Source: Escherichia phage phiEC1
Length of the DNA: 64,000 nt
Reading direction: 5' to 3' (one strand)
Sequence record: KY608965.1
Shown: positions 22,434-33,232 of the stretch, in pieces
Layout: every line of letters starts with the position of its first letter
Position numbering within the stretch: the stretch's first letter is position 1
Position numbers and translations under genes: made by a program
The notes under the pieces: generated by a model
Told to the model about the DNA's origin: nothing
Seen by the model: only the letters and a program-made list of their open reading frames with translations
The model's database searches: none

Positions 22434-23605
22434 CAGTATTCCAACGTCCAGGATATCCTAACTTAAGCGTTAAATTATATCAAGATTATTCGGCTTGGCA
22501 AGAAAATAGATACGTTGAACTCGCAGCAACAATAACAACTTTAACCATGCGAGATTCGCTATATGGAAGAAATGAAGGGATTCTTCAATTTTATGACACT
22601 AAAAACATCCACACTAAAATGGATGGTAGACAGATAGTCCAAATCTCTGTTTCAAATTCAAACACACCTCTCCAAGTTAGAACTCGAATTTACGGATGTA
22701 GACATTATTCTGTGTCTGTGGACTCAAAAGGTGACAATATTATTGCAATTGAGCTTGGAACAATACATTCTATAGAGAACCTTAAATTTGGGCGGCCATT
22801 CTTCCCAGACGCAGGAGAATCTATACGTGAAATGTTAGGTGTCATATATAAAGACCGTACATTAATTACTCCGCCAATAAACACTATTAATGCTTATGTT
22901 CCTGATATTCCTTGGACAAGCACATTTGATGATTATTTGGCATATGTCAGAGAATTAGGACTTGCTACAGCGAGTGATAAGTTCGTATTCGTATGGCAAG
23001 ATATTTTAGGCGTAAACATGATTGACTACGATACTCTTATTGGTCAGGAAGGCATTAAGATGATTGTAGGCGAGCCAAATACCGTAGGTCAGTATATTCA
23101 AGAGCTTGAGTATCCATTAGTATGGGATTTCACCTGGATGACTAAAGCCAACCAATTTACAAGAGACCCTATTAAAAACGCCACAATATTCGCCCATTCA
23201 TTTTTAGATACATCTATTCCGGTTATTGTTACTGGCGATGGTGATAATGCTATTCTTGTGTCAAGATCCGGCGGATATTCCGAAATGACCTATCGTAATG
23301 GATTTGAAGAAGCAAGTCGTCTTCAGACAATGGCTCAATACGACGGTTATGCTAAATGCACTACTACAGGTAATTTTAACATAACGCCTGCTACTAAAAT
23401 TATATTTGTTGACCAAAAGAACCAATTCAAATCCGAATTTTACGTGGATGAAGTTATTCATGAGTTATCAAATAACAACTCACAAACTCATCTGTACATG
23501 TTTACCAACTCAATGGTGTTAGAACCTGTTAACCCAGTTAAGGTTAAAAATGAACTTAAATCTGATTCTACCTCTAAAGAAAATAATTCTACCACAGTCC
23601 AATAA
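22430..23605 (+). CDS. 27: Baseplate hub protein gp27
   Basis: 391 aa colinear with T4 gp27. Confidence 0.92.
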   Translation: MTVFQRPGYPNLSVKLYQDYSAWQENRYVELAATITTLTMRDSLYGRNEGILQFYDTKNIHTKMDGRQIVQISVSNSNTPLQVRTRIYGCRHYSVSVDSKGDNIIAIELGTIHSIENLKFGRPFFPDAGESIREMLGVIYKDRTLITPPINTINAYVPDIPWTSTFDDYLAYVRELGLATASDKFVFVWQDILGVNMIDYDTLIGQEGIKMIVGEPNTVGQYIQELEYPLVWDFTWMTKANQFTRDPIKNATIFAHSFLDTSIPVIVTGDGDNAILVSRSGGYSEMTYRNGFEEASRLQTMAQYDGYAKCTTTGNFNITPATKIIFVDQKNQFKSEFYVDEVIHELSNNNSQTHLYMFTNSMVLEPVNPVKVKNELKSDSTSKENNSTTVQ

Positions 23606-24083
23606 AAAGGTAATGATTCCCAAATTAGGGCTCAAACATTATAATCTTTTAAAGGACGTTAAAGGTCCTGATGAAAACATGAAAATCTTAGCTGATTCTA
23701 TTTGTAAAAATATGAGTCCTGCTGATTTTGATTTTGCATGTCTACATATATTGGAATTTAATAACAAACTTAAGTCTGAAGTTGAAAAAGACGGATTCAC
23801 ATATAAACTAGATGACGTCTATGTATGCCAACGAACAGAATTCCAATTCCAAGGCAATACTTTTTATTTTAGACCTCCAGGCAAATTTGAACAATTCGCT
23901 ACAATCAGTGAAATGCTATCAAATTGCTTAATAAAAGTTAATGACGAAGAGAAAGAAATTTCTTTCCTTGAGATGCCTGCTTTTGTAATCAAATGGGCAG
24001 AAGACCTTTCGACAACTATTGCTATTCCAGGCCCTAATGGTCCTATTAAGGGTATAGCAGAAATTATTGGATTGCTTGAATGA
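23550..24083 (+). CDS. 28: Baseplate hub distal subunit gp28
   Basis: 177 aa, overlaps gene 27 3' end as in T4. Confidence 0.85.
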   Translation: MNLNLILPLKKIILPQSNKKVMIPKLGLKHYNLLKDVKGPDENMKILADSICKNMSPADFDFACLHILEFNNKLKSEVEKDGFTYKLDDVYVCQRTEFQFQGNTFYFRPPGKFEQFATISEMLSNCLIKVNDEEKEISFLEMPAFVIKWAEDLSTTIAIPGPNGPIKGIAEIIGLLE

Positions 24084-25852
24084 AACCTGAAGAAATGAAA
24101 TCCATGCGTAGAAATAAGGTCATTGCCGATAATAAACCACAAAAAGTAGCTGCAACAGCAGCTACCGATTCATTAGAAGCATTGAATGATATTTCATCAA
24201 AACTAGACGATGTCCAAGCCGCGTCTGAACTCACATCGCAAAGTGTAGAAGATAAAGGCAATGGAATTATTGAATCAATTGGAGACTTAAAGAATTCGAC
24301 AGATAATACTGCTGAAGGCACAGAGCTTATCGCAGAAGTTATTGAAAAACAAACTGAAGTCACTAAAAGTATAAATGAAGTTTCTAGTGCAATAAGCTCT
24401 AAGTTAGACCGATTAGCTACATTATTAGAGCAAAAATTACAAACATCTACCGCTATTCAAAATACAGGAGGCACCTCTCTTGAAGTAATTGAGAACGCGA
24501 TACCTGTTAAAGTGGTTGAGAACGAAACTTCTGATGAGTTGTTTAAAGCATTACCTACACCTGAAAAGATTGATAATAAGCCAGACGAAGATTTCTTCCC
24601 AGCCCCGGTTCAAGAAAGTGCTAATTCTACTTCCGATTCTAAAGGTGGAATTAGCTTTAAATTGAGTGATAAAATTGCAATGCTCACCAAAACAGTTCAA
24701 GCCGGGTTTAATAAATCAATATCAATTTCAGACAGAATTGCTGGAATGCTTTTCAAATACACTATAACGGCTGCTATTGAAGCAGCAAAAATGGCCGCAC
24801 TTATTCTTGGTATTGTTATCGGTATTGATTTATTGATAGTCCATTTCAAATATTGGACAGACAAGTTCACTTCTGCCTGGGATTTATTTGATGAAAACTT
24901 TACTAAATTCTCTGACGAAGCTAAAGAGTGGGGTAAATTCTTAAGTGATATATTCACTTCTATTGACTCGATAAAACAATTGTGGGAAGCTGGAGACTGG
25001 GGTGGTTTAACCGTTGCTATTGTCAAAGGTGTAGGAACAGCATTAATGAACTTAGGTGAACTAATTCAATTAGGAATGGCTAAACTCTCCGCGTCTATAT
25101 TGCGTGCTATAGGTTTTGGTGATACCGCGGACGAAATAGAAGGACGTGCTTTAGAAGGATTCCAAGAAACTACTGGGAACAAATTAAAGAAAGAAGACCA
25201 AGAGAAAGTCGCTAAATATCAAATGAAGCGTGACGATGGGGAATTAGGAACCGTTTCTAAAGGTCTTGATATGCTACAACGCGGCAAAACATTCGTTACT
25301 AACTGGGTTCGTGGTAACGACAATAAAGAAGAGTTTAGTACAAGTGATGAGCGCGCTGCGGAATCAGCAAAATTAAAAGAGTTACCTGAAGAGGAACGTA
25401 AAGAGGCGTATATAAAAGCGAATGAAACTCGTGCTGCACTGGTTAGATTTGAGGATTATATCGATAAAATCGATATGACTAATCCGGAAAATGCTAAAAA
25501 CGTCGAGAAGTCTTATGCTGATTTAAGTAAACTTATTAAAGACCCTGAACTTAATAAAACTCCTGTTGTTAAAAAGGAAATAGATGCTAGATTTGAAAAG
25601 CTAAATAATAAAATGGCTGAAGCCAAAAAGGCTCAGACAACAGTTAAGCCTGAATCTTCGACTAAATCTCCGGAAGCAAAACAAGTTCAGTCAATAGAGA
25701 AAGGACGTGCTTCTGAATCTAAACAACAGCAACCGGTAGCGGCGATTAGTAACACAAATAATGTCGTCAAAAAGAATACCGTAGTCCAGAATATGACCCC
25801 TGTAACAAGTACAACGGCTCCTGGAATTTTCCATGCCACCGGTGTTAATTAA
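24080..25852 (+). CDS. 29: Baseplate hub / tail length determinant gp29
   Basis: 590 aa, helical tape-measure-like, colinear with T4 gp29. Confidence 0.92.
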   Translation: MKPEEMKSMRRNKVIADNKPQKVAATAATDSLEALNDISSKLDDVQAASELTSQSVEDKGNGIIESIGDLKNSTDNTAEGTELIAEVIEKQTEVTKSINEVSSAISSKLDRLATLLEQKLQTSTAIQNTGGTSLEVIENAIPVKVVENETSDELFKALPTPEKIDNKPDEDFFPAPVQESANSTSDSKGGISFKLSDKIAMLTKTVQAGFNKSISISDRIAGMLFKYTITAAIEAAKMAALILGIVIGIDLLIVHFKYWTDKFTSAWDLFDENFTKFSDEAKEWGKFLSDIFTSIDSIKQLWEAGDWGGLTVAIVKGVGTALMNLGELIQLGMAKLSASILRAIGFGDTADEIEGRALEGFQETTGNKLKKEDQEKVAKYQMKRDDGELGTVSKGLDMLQRGKTFVTNWVRGNDNKEEFSTSDERAAESAKLKELPEEERKEAYIKANETRAALVRFEDYIDKIDMTNPENAKNVEKSYADLSKLIKDPELNKTPVVKKEIDARFEKLNNKMAEAKKAQTTVKPESSTKSPEAKQVQSIEKGRASESKQQQPVAAISNTNNVVKKNTVVQNMTPVTSTTAPGIFHATGVN

Positions 25853-25860
25853 GGATTATT

Positions 25861-26970
25861 ATGATTAGTGTAAAAGAAATAGTAGTAGATGCAAAGGATT
25901 TAAATAAAGCAATCCCAGTCTCAGAAAGTGCTGGGCAAAGCACTAAAACCGAAACAACTACTAAAACTTATGTTGCTCAATTTCCTACAGGAAGAGCAGC
26001 CGGAAATGACTCCACAGGAGACTTCCAGGTAACAGACCTTTATAAGAATGGATTATTATTTACCGCGTACAATATGTCTGCACGTGATTCAGGATCCCTC
26101 AGGAATTTACGTCCGGCGTATGCCGGGACTTCATCTAATGGTATCATATCAGATTTAACTGATAATGTGAAAGATGCGGTGACTAAATTCTCAAATGGAT
26201 TGCTTCCTGCCGGAGCTAATAAGTCTACTATAAATAAAACTCCTGTTGCTAATATACTTTTGCCACGTTCCAAATCTGACGTTGATACAACTTCACATCG
26301 TTTTAATGATATCGGTGATAGCCTTATTACTAAAGGTGGAGGTACTGCTACAGGTGTTTTAAGTAACATTGCTTCTACTGCAGTTTTTGGTGCATTAGAT
26401 TCTATTACTCAAGGGCTTATGGCTGATAATAACGAGCAGATTTATACGACTTCTCGTAGTATGTATGGCGGTGCTGAGAACCGTACTAAAGTCTTTACAT
26501 GGGATTTAACTCCACGTTCGACTGAAGACCTTATGGCTATTATAAACATTTACCAGTATTTTAACTATTTCTCATATGGTGAGACCGGTAAATCACAGTA
26601 CGCCCAAGAGATTAAAAGTTATTTAGACGAATGGTACCGTTCAACGTTTATTGAGCCTATGACGCCAGATGATGCAGTAAAAAATAAGACATTGTTTGAA
26701 AAGATTACTGCGTCATTAACAAACGTATTAGTTGTAAGCAACCCTACAATTTGGATGGTTAAAAACTTTGGTTATACATCTAAATTTGACGGGTTAACTG
26801 ATGTATTTGGCCCGTGTCAAATACAAAGCGTACGTTTTGATAAAACTCCAAATGGACAATTTAATGGTCTCGCTGTTGCTCCTAACTTACCGTCAACATT
26901 TACGTTAGAGATAACAATGCGAGAAATTATTACATTAAACCGTTCTTCACTTTATGCGGGGACTTTCTAA
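25861..26970 (+). CDS. 48: Baseplate tail tube cap gp48
   Basis: 369 aa in 29-48-54 order. Confidence 0.9.
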   Translation: MISVKEIVVDAKDLNKAIPVSESAGQSTKTETTTKTYVAQFPTGRAAGNDSTGDFQVTDLYKNGLLFTAYNMSARDSGSLRNLRPAYAGTSSNGIISDLTDNVKDAVTKFSNGLLPAGANKSTINKTPVANILLPRSKSDVDTTSHRFNDIGDSLITKGGGTATGVLSNIASTAVFGALDSITQGLMADNNEQIYTTSRSMYGGAENRTKVFTWDLTPRSTEDLMAIINIYQYFNYFSYGETGKSQYAQEIKSYLDEWYRSTFIEPMTPDDAVKNKTLFEKITASLTNVLVVSNPTIWMVKNFGYTSKFDGLTDVFGPCQIQSVRFDKTPNGQFNGLAVAPNLPSTFTLEITMREIITLNRSSLYAGTF

Positions 26971-27932
26971 TGTACTCTTTAGAAGAATTTAATAACCAAG
27001 CTATAAATGCAGATTTCCAACGAAACAATATGTTTAGTTGTGTATTTGCTACTACGCCATCGACCAAATCATCTTCACTAATTTCGTCAATTGGTAGTTT
27101 TGCTTATAATAACTTAGGGTTGGATTCTGATTGGTTAGGATTGTCTCAAGGTGATATCAATCAGGGCGTAACAACCCTGATTACAGCAGGAACACAGAAA
27201 TTAATTCGAAAATCAGGTATAAGTAAATACCTGATTGGAGCAATGAGTCAACGTACGGTACAAAGCTTGTTAGGTGAGTTCACGGTAGGATCTTATCTGA
27301 TAGACTTCTTCAATATGGCATATAATAATACAGGTTTAATGATTTATTCTGTAAAAATGCCTGAGAACCGATTATCTTATGAAACGGATTTCAACTATAA
27401 CTCCCCGAACATCCGAATTACCGGCAGAGAAATGGACCCATTAGTAATAAGCTTTAGAATGGATTCCGAAGCATCTAACTTTAGAGCAATGCAAGACTGG
27501 GTAAACTCGGTCCAAGACCCTGTAACAGGTCTTCGCGCTTTACCACAAGACGTCGAAGCAGATATTCAGGTTAATTTACATGCACGAAATGGTTTACCAC
27601 ATACCGCTGTCATGTTCACTGGATGTATTCCTGTTAGTGTCTCTTCTCCTGAGTTAACGTATGATGGTGATAATCAGATAACAGTTTTTGATGTAACATT
27701 TGCTTATCGCGTTATGCAATCAGGTGCTGTAAATAGACAGGCTGCTTTAGAATGGTTGGAATCAGGACTTATTAGTAGTGTTTCAGGAATGTTTGGAAAT
27801 AATCAGAATGATTCTGGTCTAGGAAGTGCAGTATCAAGACTTTCTAGATTAGGTGGGACCGCTGGAGGTGTGTCTAATATAAACACATTGACAGGTGTGG
27901 TGAATTCTGCGTCAAGAGTTTTAGGACTATAA
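26970..27932 (+). CDS. 54: Baseplate tail tube initiator gp54
   Basis: 320 aa in 29-48-54 order. Confidence 0.9.
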   Translation: MYSLEEFNNQAINADFQRNNMFSCVFATTPSTKSSSLISSIGSFAYNNLGLDSDWLGLSQGDINQGVTTLITAGTQKLIRKSGISKYLIGAMSQRTVQSLLGEFTVGSYLIDFFNMAYNNTGLMIYSVKMPENRLSYETDFNYNSPNIRITGREMDPLVISFRMDSEASNFRAMQDWVNSVQDPVTGLRALPQDVEADIQVNLHARNGLPHTAVMFTGCIPVSVSSPELTYDGDNQITVFDVTFAYRVMQSGAVNRQAALEWLESGLISSVSGMFGNNQNDSGLGSAVSRLSRLGGTAGGVSNINTLTGVVNSASRVLGL

Positions 27933-27937
27933 GAAAA

Positions 27938-27960
27938 AGGGAGACAACGTCTCCCTTTAG
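27938..27960. terminator. Bidirectional terminator between gene 54 (+) and the alt.-1-like gene (-)
   Basis: AAAAA-GGGAGACAACGTCTCCC-TTT hairpin between convergent genes. Confidence 0.7.
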
Positions 27961-27964
27961 GGGT

Positions 27965-28258
27965 TTATTTACGGAATGAAAGGAATGCTGGTGCTCGGAA
28001 TGGAGTATCATCTTTAGAGTATTTAACTAATACGACCATTGGTACCTCTGTTTCTAAATGACCTGTCACTACACCGACAAAAATTTGATCAGTGTGCTCA
28101 GGGTCACGAAAGTTTTTAAGAGGTTCCATAGCAATATGGAATGCACCTGGGAATACTCGATTCAATTCGTCAATCACAGCTTCGTTAAAAACATCATCTG
28201 CCGGGATAACATCTTCAACTACTAGTTCTTGACCATTAAAGCGAAGCATAGATTTCAT
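27965..28258 (-). CDS. Hypothetical early protein (alt.-x-like), 97 aa
   Basis: Start trimmed to the ATG preceded by SD GAGGAAA; driven by an adjacent early promoter. Confidence 0.6.
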   Translation of the reverse strand: MKSMLRFNGQELVVEDVIPADDVFNEAVIDELNRVFPGAFHIAMEPLKNFRDPEHTDQIFVGVVTGHLETEVPMVVLVKYSKDDTPFRAPAFLSFRK

Positions 28259-28287
28259 AACGTTTTCCTCATGTTGTTGATGGGATG

Positions 28288-28317
28288 ATAGTATCACACA
28301 TCCATGTGTTTGTAAAC
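28288..28317 (-). promoter_or_regulatory. Early promoter GTTTAC-N18-TACTAT with inverted repeat ACACA/TGTGT in the spacer
   Basis: Minus-strand GTTTACAAACACATGGATGTGTGATACTAT immediately after the alt stop. Confidence 0.65.
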
Positions 28318-30404
28318 TATCCTTGGACAAATTTAAACGGAACTGATTCTAAATCCATTAAAGATGCTAACAATTTCAAACCTTTAGGTGCACTAGTTTT
28401 TTCTACAAATGAGGAGAACGATACCGGCTCATCTGATTCGATTTCACCCGTCATAGCAACCACCTCGCCTGTTTCCATGAGAACATCGCCATCATAAATG
28501 ACGGCTTCATCCAACTGGTCTGAGGACATGACTTCAGCTTGAATAAATTTAAGGTTGGATTCTAAACCTGCACCAGTATCAGATGACGCATCTGTAATTT
28601 TATTTATCTGCAAGAGAATGCCTCTAGGCAAAATAATTTCTTGCTCATTAGGGTGATTACTCAACTGTCCTGGATAAATCACGTTAACTTTATGGGCGCC
28701 ATCAATAGCCCATCCAACGTTAACACGGATTTGTTCTGGTGCATGCATAGCTGTTCTTACTTGACTAGGAGAAATAGTAACACCTTCGTCATTATTGTCA
28801 ATGTTAAGCTCTTTGCGAACTTCTTCAGGAGCAAGTCCAAGGGCAACGTTCTCTTTAAACCCGCCAAAAATAATAGGAGCTAGTGAAGTGGAAACATAGT
28901 TTCTGAAGTAGAATACCTTATTTTTAACCATTGCTTCATAAATAGGCATTCTGATAGACTGGGCTCTATACAACGTTAGTCCTTCAGGTAAACGGTCTCC
29001 ATTTAAAAACGCCGAATCAAGACCATCAATAGCGCGTTTAACTTCATCTTCATCTGCAACATCGTAAAAATCTGGTTTATAACGACCTAACAACATATTA
29101 TTGATATCGGTATACGCAGAAGAGGCATATTCACGAATAGCTCGTTTTTCAGCAACAGAGTATTGTTTAGGGTCCCGATTCATTGTTATATTAAAGGTGC
29201 CTCTAGCCGATTCTCGTGCATAAGTATACATCACATTAGACAAGAACGCTGATTTACGTTGTTTCCAAGTTCTTTCAGATACTTCAGCTAAAACATCGTC
29301 AGGCAGTTGGAAATTATCACGTCTAAAATCTTCAAACCATTCGTCTCTAATAGAGTCTGCAATTTCGTTTGCAGCTTCAACAAAAGCGGCTAATGCTTTA
29401 ACAGATGTTGTTTTTTCAGTTTTAATTTTCTTAGCAAACTTTTCTAAAGTTGGCTTAATAACACTGCCATAAGAAACTTCATCAGCAAATCTAAAGGATT
29501 CATCAATACGATTATAAATCTTATTTTCGATATCAGCAACTAAAGTGCCTTTTGCTGTGGACGATGCTTGGGCTAGTACGATTTCATATGCTTCAGGAAG
29601 TAATTCAGCTGTAGCTGGGCCACTAACTTCTTTAGCAGAATTTTCGTATTTCTGGAATAGCTCACCTTCTTGGCGGTCAGCTTCTAAAGATTGACTTGCT
29701 GCAATAGCGCGACGAGAAATTTTAGTACGAGCAATAACAGGCTTATCTTTACGTTTTTCTTCTACAGCAGCAATAGAACCAGCGATAGCCGTTTCTTTGG
29801 TGACCTTTTCGCCAGTCTTTTTACTCACATAAACTTCACCAACATCAGAATCTACTTTCGTGTACAACTCTGTGTTAATGTTAGGGATGCCTTTAATATC
29901 TTCAATGTTGGCATTTTTACGAACCATCATCACATAGGTGTGTTTACCTGTGAATTGATACATTGCAGACAATACTTTAAAACGACCACCAGTTTTAGTA
30001 GAAACTAAACGAGCAAGAAGAGTTTGAAGTTGTTGTCCACGTCCTTTCAATTTCTTAGTAGGGAATCGGAACAAAACTGCATCCATACGAAGAGCTTTAA
30101 CCTGTTCATACACTGTATTGAAAATGGTGTTGATTGCATCAATAGGAGCAGGACCAAGACCATTTTTCAATTCGGCGAGATTACCCTTTTCAGAAAGACT
30201 CATAATAACGACATGAGCGTATTTGTCACCAAGTTTAACTTGTTTTACAGCATCTCCTTCGGAAAGGTAAGAGAATAAACGAACTACGATGTTTGTATCG
30301 ATATCACCAATTTTCCAGACTTGTGGAACTTTAGCTTTAGGGTTCAAATTGACGACAGGAAGACTGCCTTCAGATTCAAACACTTCATTTAATTGTTCAG
30401 ACAT
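28317..30404 (-). CDS. alt: Alt-like ADP-ribosyltransferase (packaged, modifies host RNA polymerase)
   Basis: 695 aa; ART-type segment …YRAQS…FYFRNYVSTSLAP…; position between 54 and 30 as in T4. Confidence 0.85.
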   Translation of the reverse strand: MSEQLNEVFESEGSLPVVNLNPKAKVPQVWKIGDIDTNIVVRLFSYLSEGDAVKQVKLGDKYAHVVIMSLSEKGNLAELKNGLGPAPIDAINTIFNTVYEQVKALRMDAVLFRFPTKKLKGRGQQLQTLLARLVSTKTGGRFKVLSAMYQFTGKHTYVMMVRKNANIEDIKGIPNINTELYTKVDSDVGEVYVSKKTGEKVTKETAIAGSIAAVEEKRKDKPVIARTKISRRAIAASQSLEADRQEGELFQKYENSAKEVSGPATAELLPEAYEIVLAQASSTAKGTLVADIENKIYNRIDESFRFADEVSYGSVIKPTLEKFAKKIKTEKTTSVKALAAFVEAANEIADSIRDEWFEDFRRDNFQLPDDVLAEVSERTWKQRKSAFLSNVMYTYARESARGTFNITMNRDPKQYSVAEKRAIREYASSAYTDINNMLLGRYKPDFYDVADEDEVKRAIDGLDSAFLNGDRLPEGLTLYRAQSIRMPIYEAMVKNKVFYFRNYVSTSLAPIIFGGFKENVALGLAPEEVRKELNIDNNDEGVTISPSQVRTAMHAPEQIRVNVGWAIDGAHKVNVIYPGQLSNHPNEQEIILPRGILLQINKITDASSDTGAGLESNLKFIQAEVMSSDQLDEAVIYDGDVLMETGEVVAMTGEIESDEPVSFSSFVEKTSAPKGLKLLASLMDLESVPFKFVQG

Positions 30405-30459
30405 AGTGTTTTCCTTTTAGTAATAATTTATATTTATGCCAAAAAGAGCCCGAAGGCTC

Positions 30460-30648
30460 TTAATCCACAATCGGAAGCAAAGTACGATAAACTTCAAAAT
30501 TAGGGCCTTTTTCGTACTTATCAAAATTGTCCATAAAAATATTATAAGAATCGTTATTAGGAAAATCTAATATAATCTGAGAGCAAGAGGTGGAAACATC
30601 TCCACCATCCTTCTTAGCTACAATAACTGTTTCTAAATAAGCTTTCAT
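30460..30648 (-). CDS. Hypothetical protein, 62 aa, translationally coupled to ligase
   Basis: Track ORF uses a GTG start; internal ATG (MKAYLE…) overlaps the ligase stop as TAATG. Confidence 0.45.
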   Translation of the reverse strand: MKAYLETVIVAKKDGGDVSTSCSQIILDFPNNDSYNIFMDNFDKYEKGPNFEVYRTLLPIVD

Positions 30649-32141
30649 TATAAACCTGTCTGGGACCACGGTCCGAATACGTCTTCAAATGAATCCGCTT
30701 CTGTTTTATCAAAACGGAACCCTTTAATAATTGGAAGGAAAATACCTACAGTACCTTCACGGCCTTTAGAATGAACCCAACCATTACATTCGCAATCAGC
30801 AATACGTCCAATCAATTTACCTTCACGAGCTTCAGCCATTAATCGTTCACGGTCTAAATCATGACGCTCATCTAAAGGAATAAGAACCTTTACACCATCA
30901 ACTGTTTTATGAGTTGTATCTTTAAACCCTGAACCACAATCGGTTGTAATACGACGACAACGTGATACGAGTTCGACACCACCTAATTTGTTAGGGTCTT
31001 TAGAGTGTTCGTAGTATCCTACAACTTCTAAAGCGATATCAATAACTTCTTTAAATTTAATTAGGTTCTTAGAGCGTTTGTTTTCCCAATATGAATCACG
31101 GTTTTTAAGGATAATACCTTCAAGACCTTGGTCAACATATTTTTTATAAACCACTTTAGCTTCGTCAAGATTACGAACTAACTGATTTTCAATTGGCTCA
31201 ATTCGCTTAAAGCCTTCAGCCATATTTTCAAGAGCAGCAAAACGAACATCGTATTTCTGACCTTTAATTTTGCCATCAGAATAGACTTCATCTAAAGGAA
31301 CATAGTCCCAGGCTTGAAGAACCATACCTTCCGCTTCTTTAGGAGAAATAGTCCCTTGAAGAGATTTATTTGCTAAACCGTTTGAAGTGCTACGGTCTGC
31401 AACTTGTACTTCTTCAGATTCTTCATTATCACCAAATAAGAACGACAGGTCATTTCCTGAGCTCACAGCCTTTTTAATATCAAATGAATGATAAACCAAT
31501 TCACCGTCGATTAAAACCCCATTAGGGTGTTTTTCACGGGCTTCTTTAGTCATTTCCATTAGTTCATCTGCTAATAGGGTAAGACCATGGTATTCATTAC
31601 CAGCACGAGAAAAGAATTGAACACCGTCATCACGAACTTCAGCGAAACAACGAGCACCATCTGCTTTTAATTGAGCAAATGCAGGCCATTTAATATTTTT
31701 AGTAATCAATTTCTCGTCATATGCAGATGCTAACATCTGCGGTTGCAATTGAATAAGTCCAGGCCATACCTTATTCGCGATAGACACTGAAGCACCTACT
31801 TCAAGGTCTCGCATCATTACACGACGTAGTACTTCTACATCATCAGGTTTACCGTCAGCGATATAACCCATGAGCTCTTTAATTGCTGCATTACCAGTGA
31901 GCTTACGAGTGGCTAATGTGAACTCAATAAAATCCAACATGTCATCTAATTCAAGAAGGCCATACGCTTGAGACCTTTCACCTGGTCCTGGCCATTTCTT
32001 AATATAATACTGAATGCCACGTGCATACGTTAAACGATATACACGTTCAAGTAATTTGTTGTCCTTATTTTTCTTAAGGATTTCCTGTTTTGTTTTAGTA
32101 GAACCGATCGCAGCTATTTGGTTTAAAATATCTAAAATCAT
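30648..32141 (-). CDS. 30: ATP-dependent DNA ligase gp30
   Basis: 497 aa; adenylation motif KADGARC; colinear with T4 DNA ligase. Confidence 0.96.
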   Translation of the reverse strand: MILDILNQIAAIGSTKTKQEILKKNKDNKLLERVYRLTYARGIQYYIKKWPGPGERSQAYGLLELDDMLDFIEFTLATRKLTGNAAIKELMGYIADGKPDDVEVLRRVMMRDLEVGASVSIANKVWPGLIQLQPQMLASAYDEKLITKNIKWPAFAQLKADGARCFAEVRDDGVQFFSRAGNEYHGLTLLADELMEMTKEAREKHPNGVLIDGELVYHSFDIKKAVSSGNDLSFLFGDNEESEEVQVADRSTSNGLANKSLQGTISPKEAEGMVLQAWDYVPLDEVYSDGKIKGQKYDVRFAALENMAEGFKRIEPIENQLVRNLDEAKVVYKKYVDQGLEGIILKNRDSYWENKRSKNLIKFKEVIDIALEVVGYYEHSKDPNKLGGVELVSRCRRITTDCGSGFKDTTHKTVDGVKVLIPLDERHDLDRERLMAEAREGKLIGRIADCECNGWVHSKGREGTVGIFLPIIKGFRFDKTEADSFEDVFGPWSQTGL

Positions 32142-32407
32142 TTGATATCCTCGATTTTGGTTACGGTTCTATTATAAGCCACTTCATCTAGAAGCGATTT
32201 CAGCGTTTTCTGATAAGTGGTAATCCATTTACCGAGTCCTTCAACATAATATTCTGAAATGTAGATGAACCCTTGTTCAACACACTCTTTAAATATTTCT
32301 GCGTCTTTTACTGAACGAAACACCGGCCAGTCTCGAAAGAACATGTTAACATGACCGTAGTCACGTGTGGTGTTTTTGCCATCTGTAATATCATGAACTA
32401 CAAACAT
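32138..32407 (-). CDS. Hypothetical protein (30.1-like)
   Basis: 89-aa ORF overlapping ligase start by 4 nt. Confidence 0.65.
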   Translation of the reverse strand: MFVVHDITDGKNTTRDYGHVNMFFRDWPVFRSVKDAEIFKECVEQGFIYISEYYVEGLGKWITTYQKTLKSLLDEVAYNRTVTKIEDIK

Positions 32408-32416
32408 AATTAGCCC

Positions 32417-33232
32417 TTAACAATTTATAGACCAAGTCCATTTGGACGAATCTAAAGGAAAGTTTTGAATCGTCCACCATGGCTGCATATCGGTTGGTCC
32501 TGGAGTTCGCCAAGTATACGGATTCGACGGAGCGCCAATTTGATTAGGCCATGCACCTGGGCTTGTTGCACCTGATTCTTTAAGCAAATCCGCCAATCGT
32601 TTTAAAAGGTCTTCACGATCTGAATCTGAATTATGCTCAGGTGGAATCAAACGAGATTCAATATCATCCCACGTGTGTACACGTTGTGCAGTGCGAGGAA
32701 TATCATCACGTTCACCACGAGCCAACCAATAAATCGGTACATTAAGAATTTCTGCCGCATGGTCACAATGATGAGCTAAATCGTCAACGTAACAAATTAC
32801 GTTATATTTTGTTTTAGCTAGTTCGAATAATTGTTCCTTTGAAGAATCATGACCACACATCATTACTTCAGAGAAAGCGCCTGGGAACAAAGCATTCAAA
32901 TTAAATTGTCTATTCAATCGAGCATCAATTGAATCACCTAGCGCCGTCACGGCTACAAAATTATAGTCTTCTTTTAGTTTATTGATAACTCGAAGAGCAT
33001 CAGAATAAGGCGCTAAGTAACGAATAAAATCAGAGCTATTATATTTTTCTATTAATTGTTTACCAAGGTTATCGTCGGTATTGAACAGTTTACCAGGAGA
33101 AATAAATTTTTCGTCCTGAATCATTTTTAAAATATGTTCTAATGGAAGATTATATTTTTGGGCAAAATAAGGAAGTCCAGATTGCCAACTTAAACATACA
33201 CCATCAATATCAGTCAAAATAGTAGGCTTCAT
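32417..33232 (-). CDS. HAD-superfamily hydrolase-like protein (30.2-like)
   Basis: N-terminal ILTDIDGV (HAD motif I DxDG[TV]); 271 aa. Confidence 0.6.
   Translation of the reverse strand: MKPTILTDIDGVCLSWQSGLPYFAQKYNLPLEHILKMIQDEKFISPGKLFNTDDNLGKQLIEKYNSSDFIRYLAPYSDALRVINKLKEDYNFVAVTALGDSIDARLNRQFNLNALFPGAFSEVMMCGHDSSKEQLFELAKTKYNVICYVDDLAHHCDHAAEILNVPIYWLARGERDDIPRTAQRVHTWDDIESRLIPPEHNSDSDREDLLKRLADLLKESGATSPGAWPNQIGAPSNPYTWRTPGPTDMQPWWTIQNFPLDSSKWTWSINC

Noticed and set aside
24064-25026. Minus-strand ORFs (99 and 109 aa) within genes 28/29
   Set aside because: Antisense to conserved baseplate hub genes; Ser/Ala-rich low-complexity translations.
30405-30459. TATAAATT element upstream of alt as a late promoter
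   Set aside because: Only 7/8 match to the TATAAATA late consensus and embedded in generally AT-rich spacer; plausible but not supportable from sequence alone.
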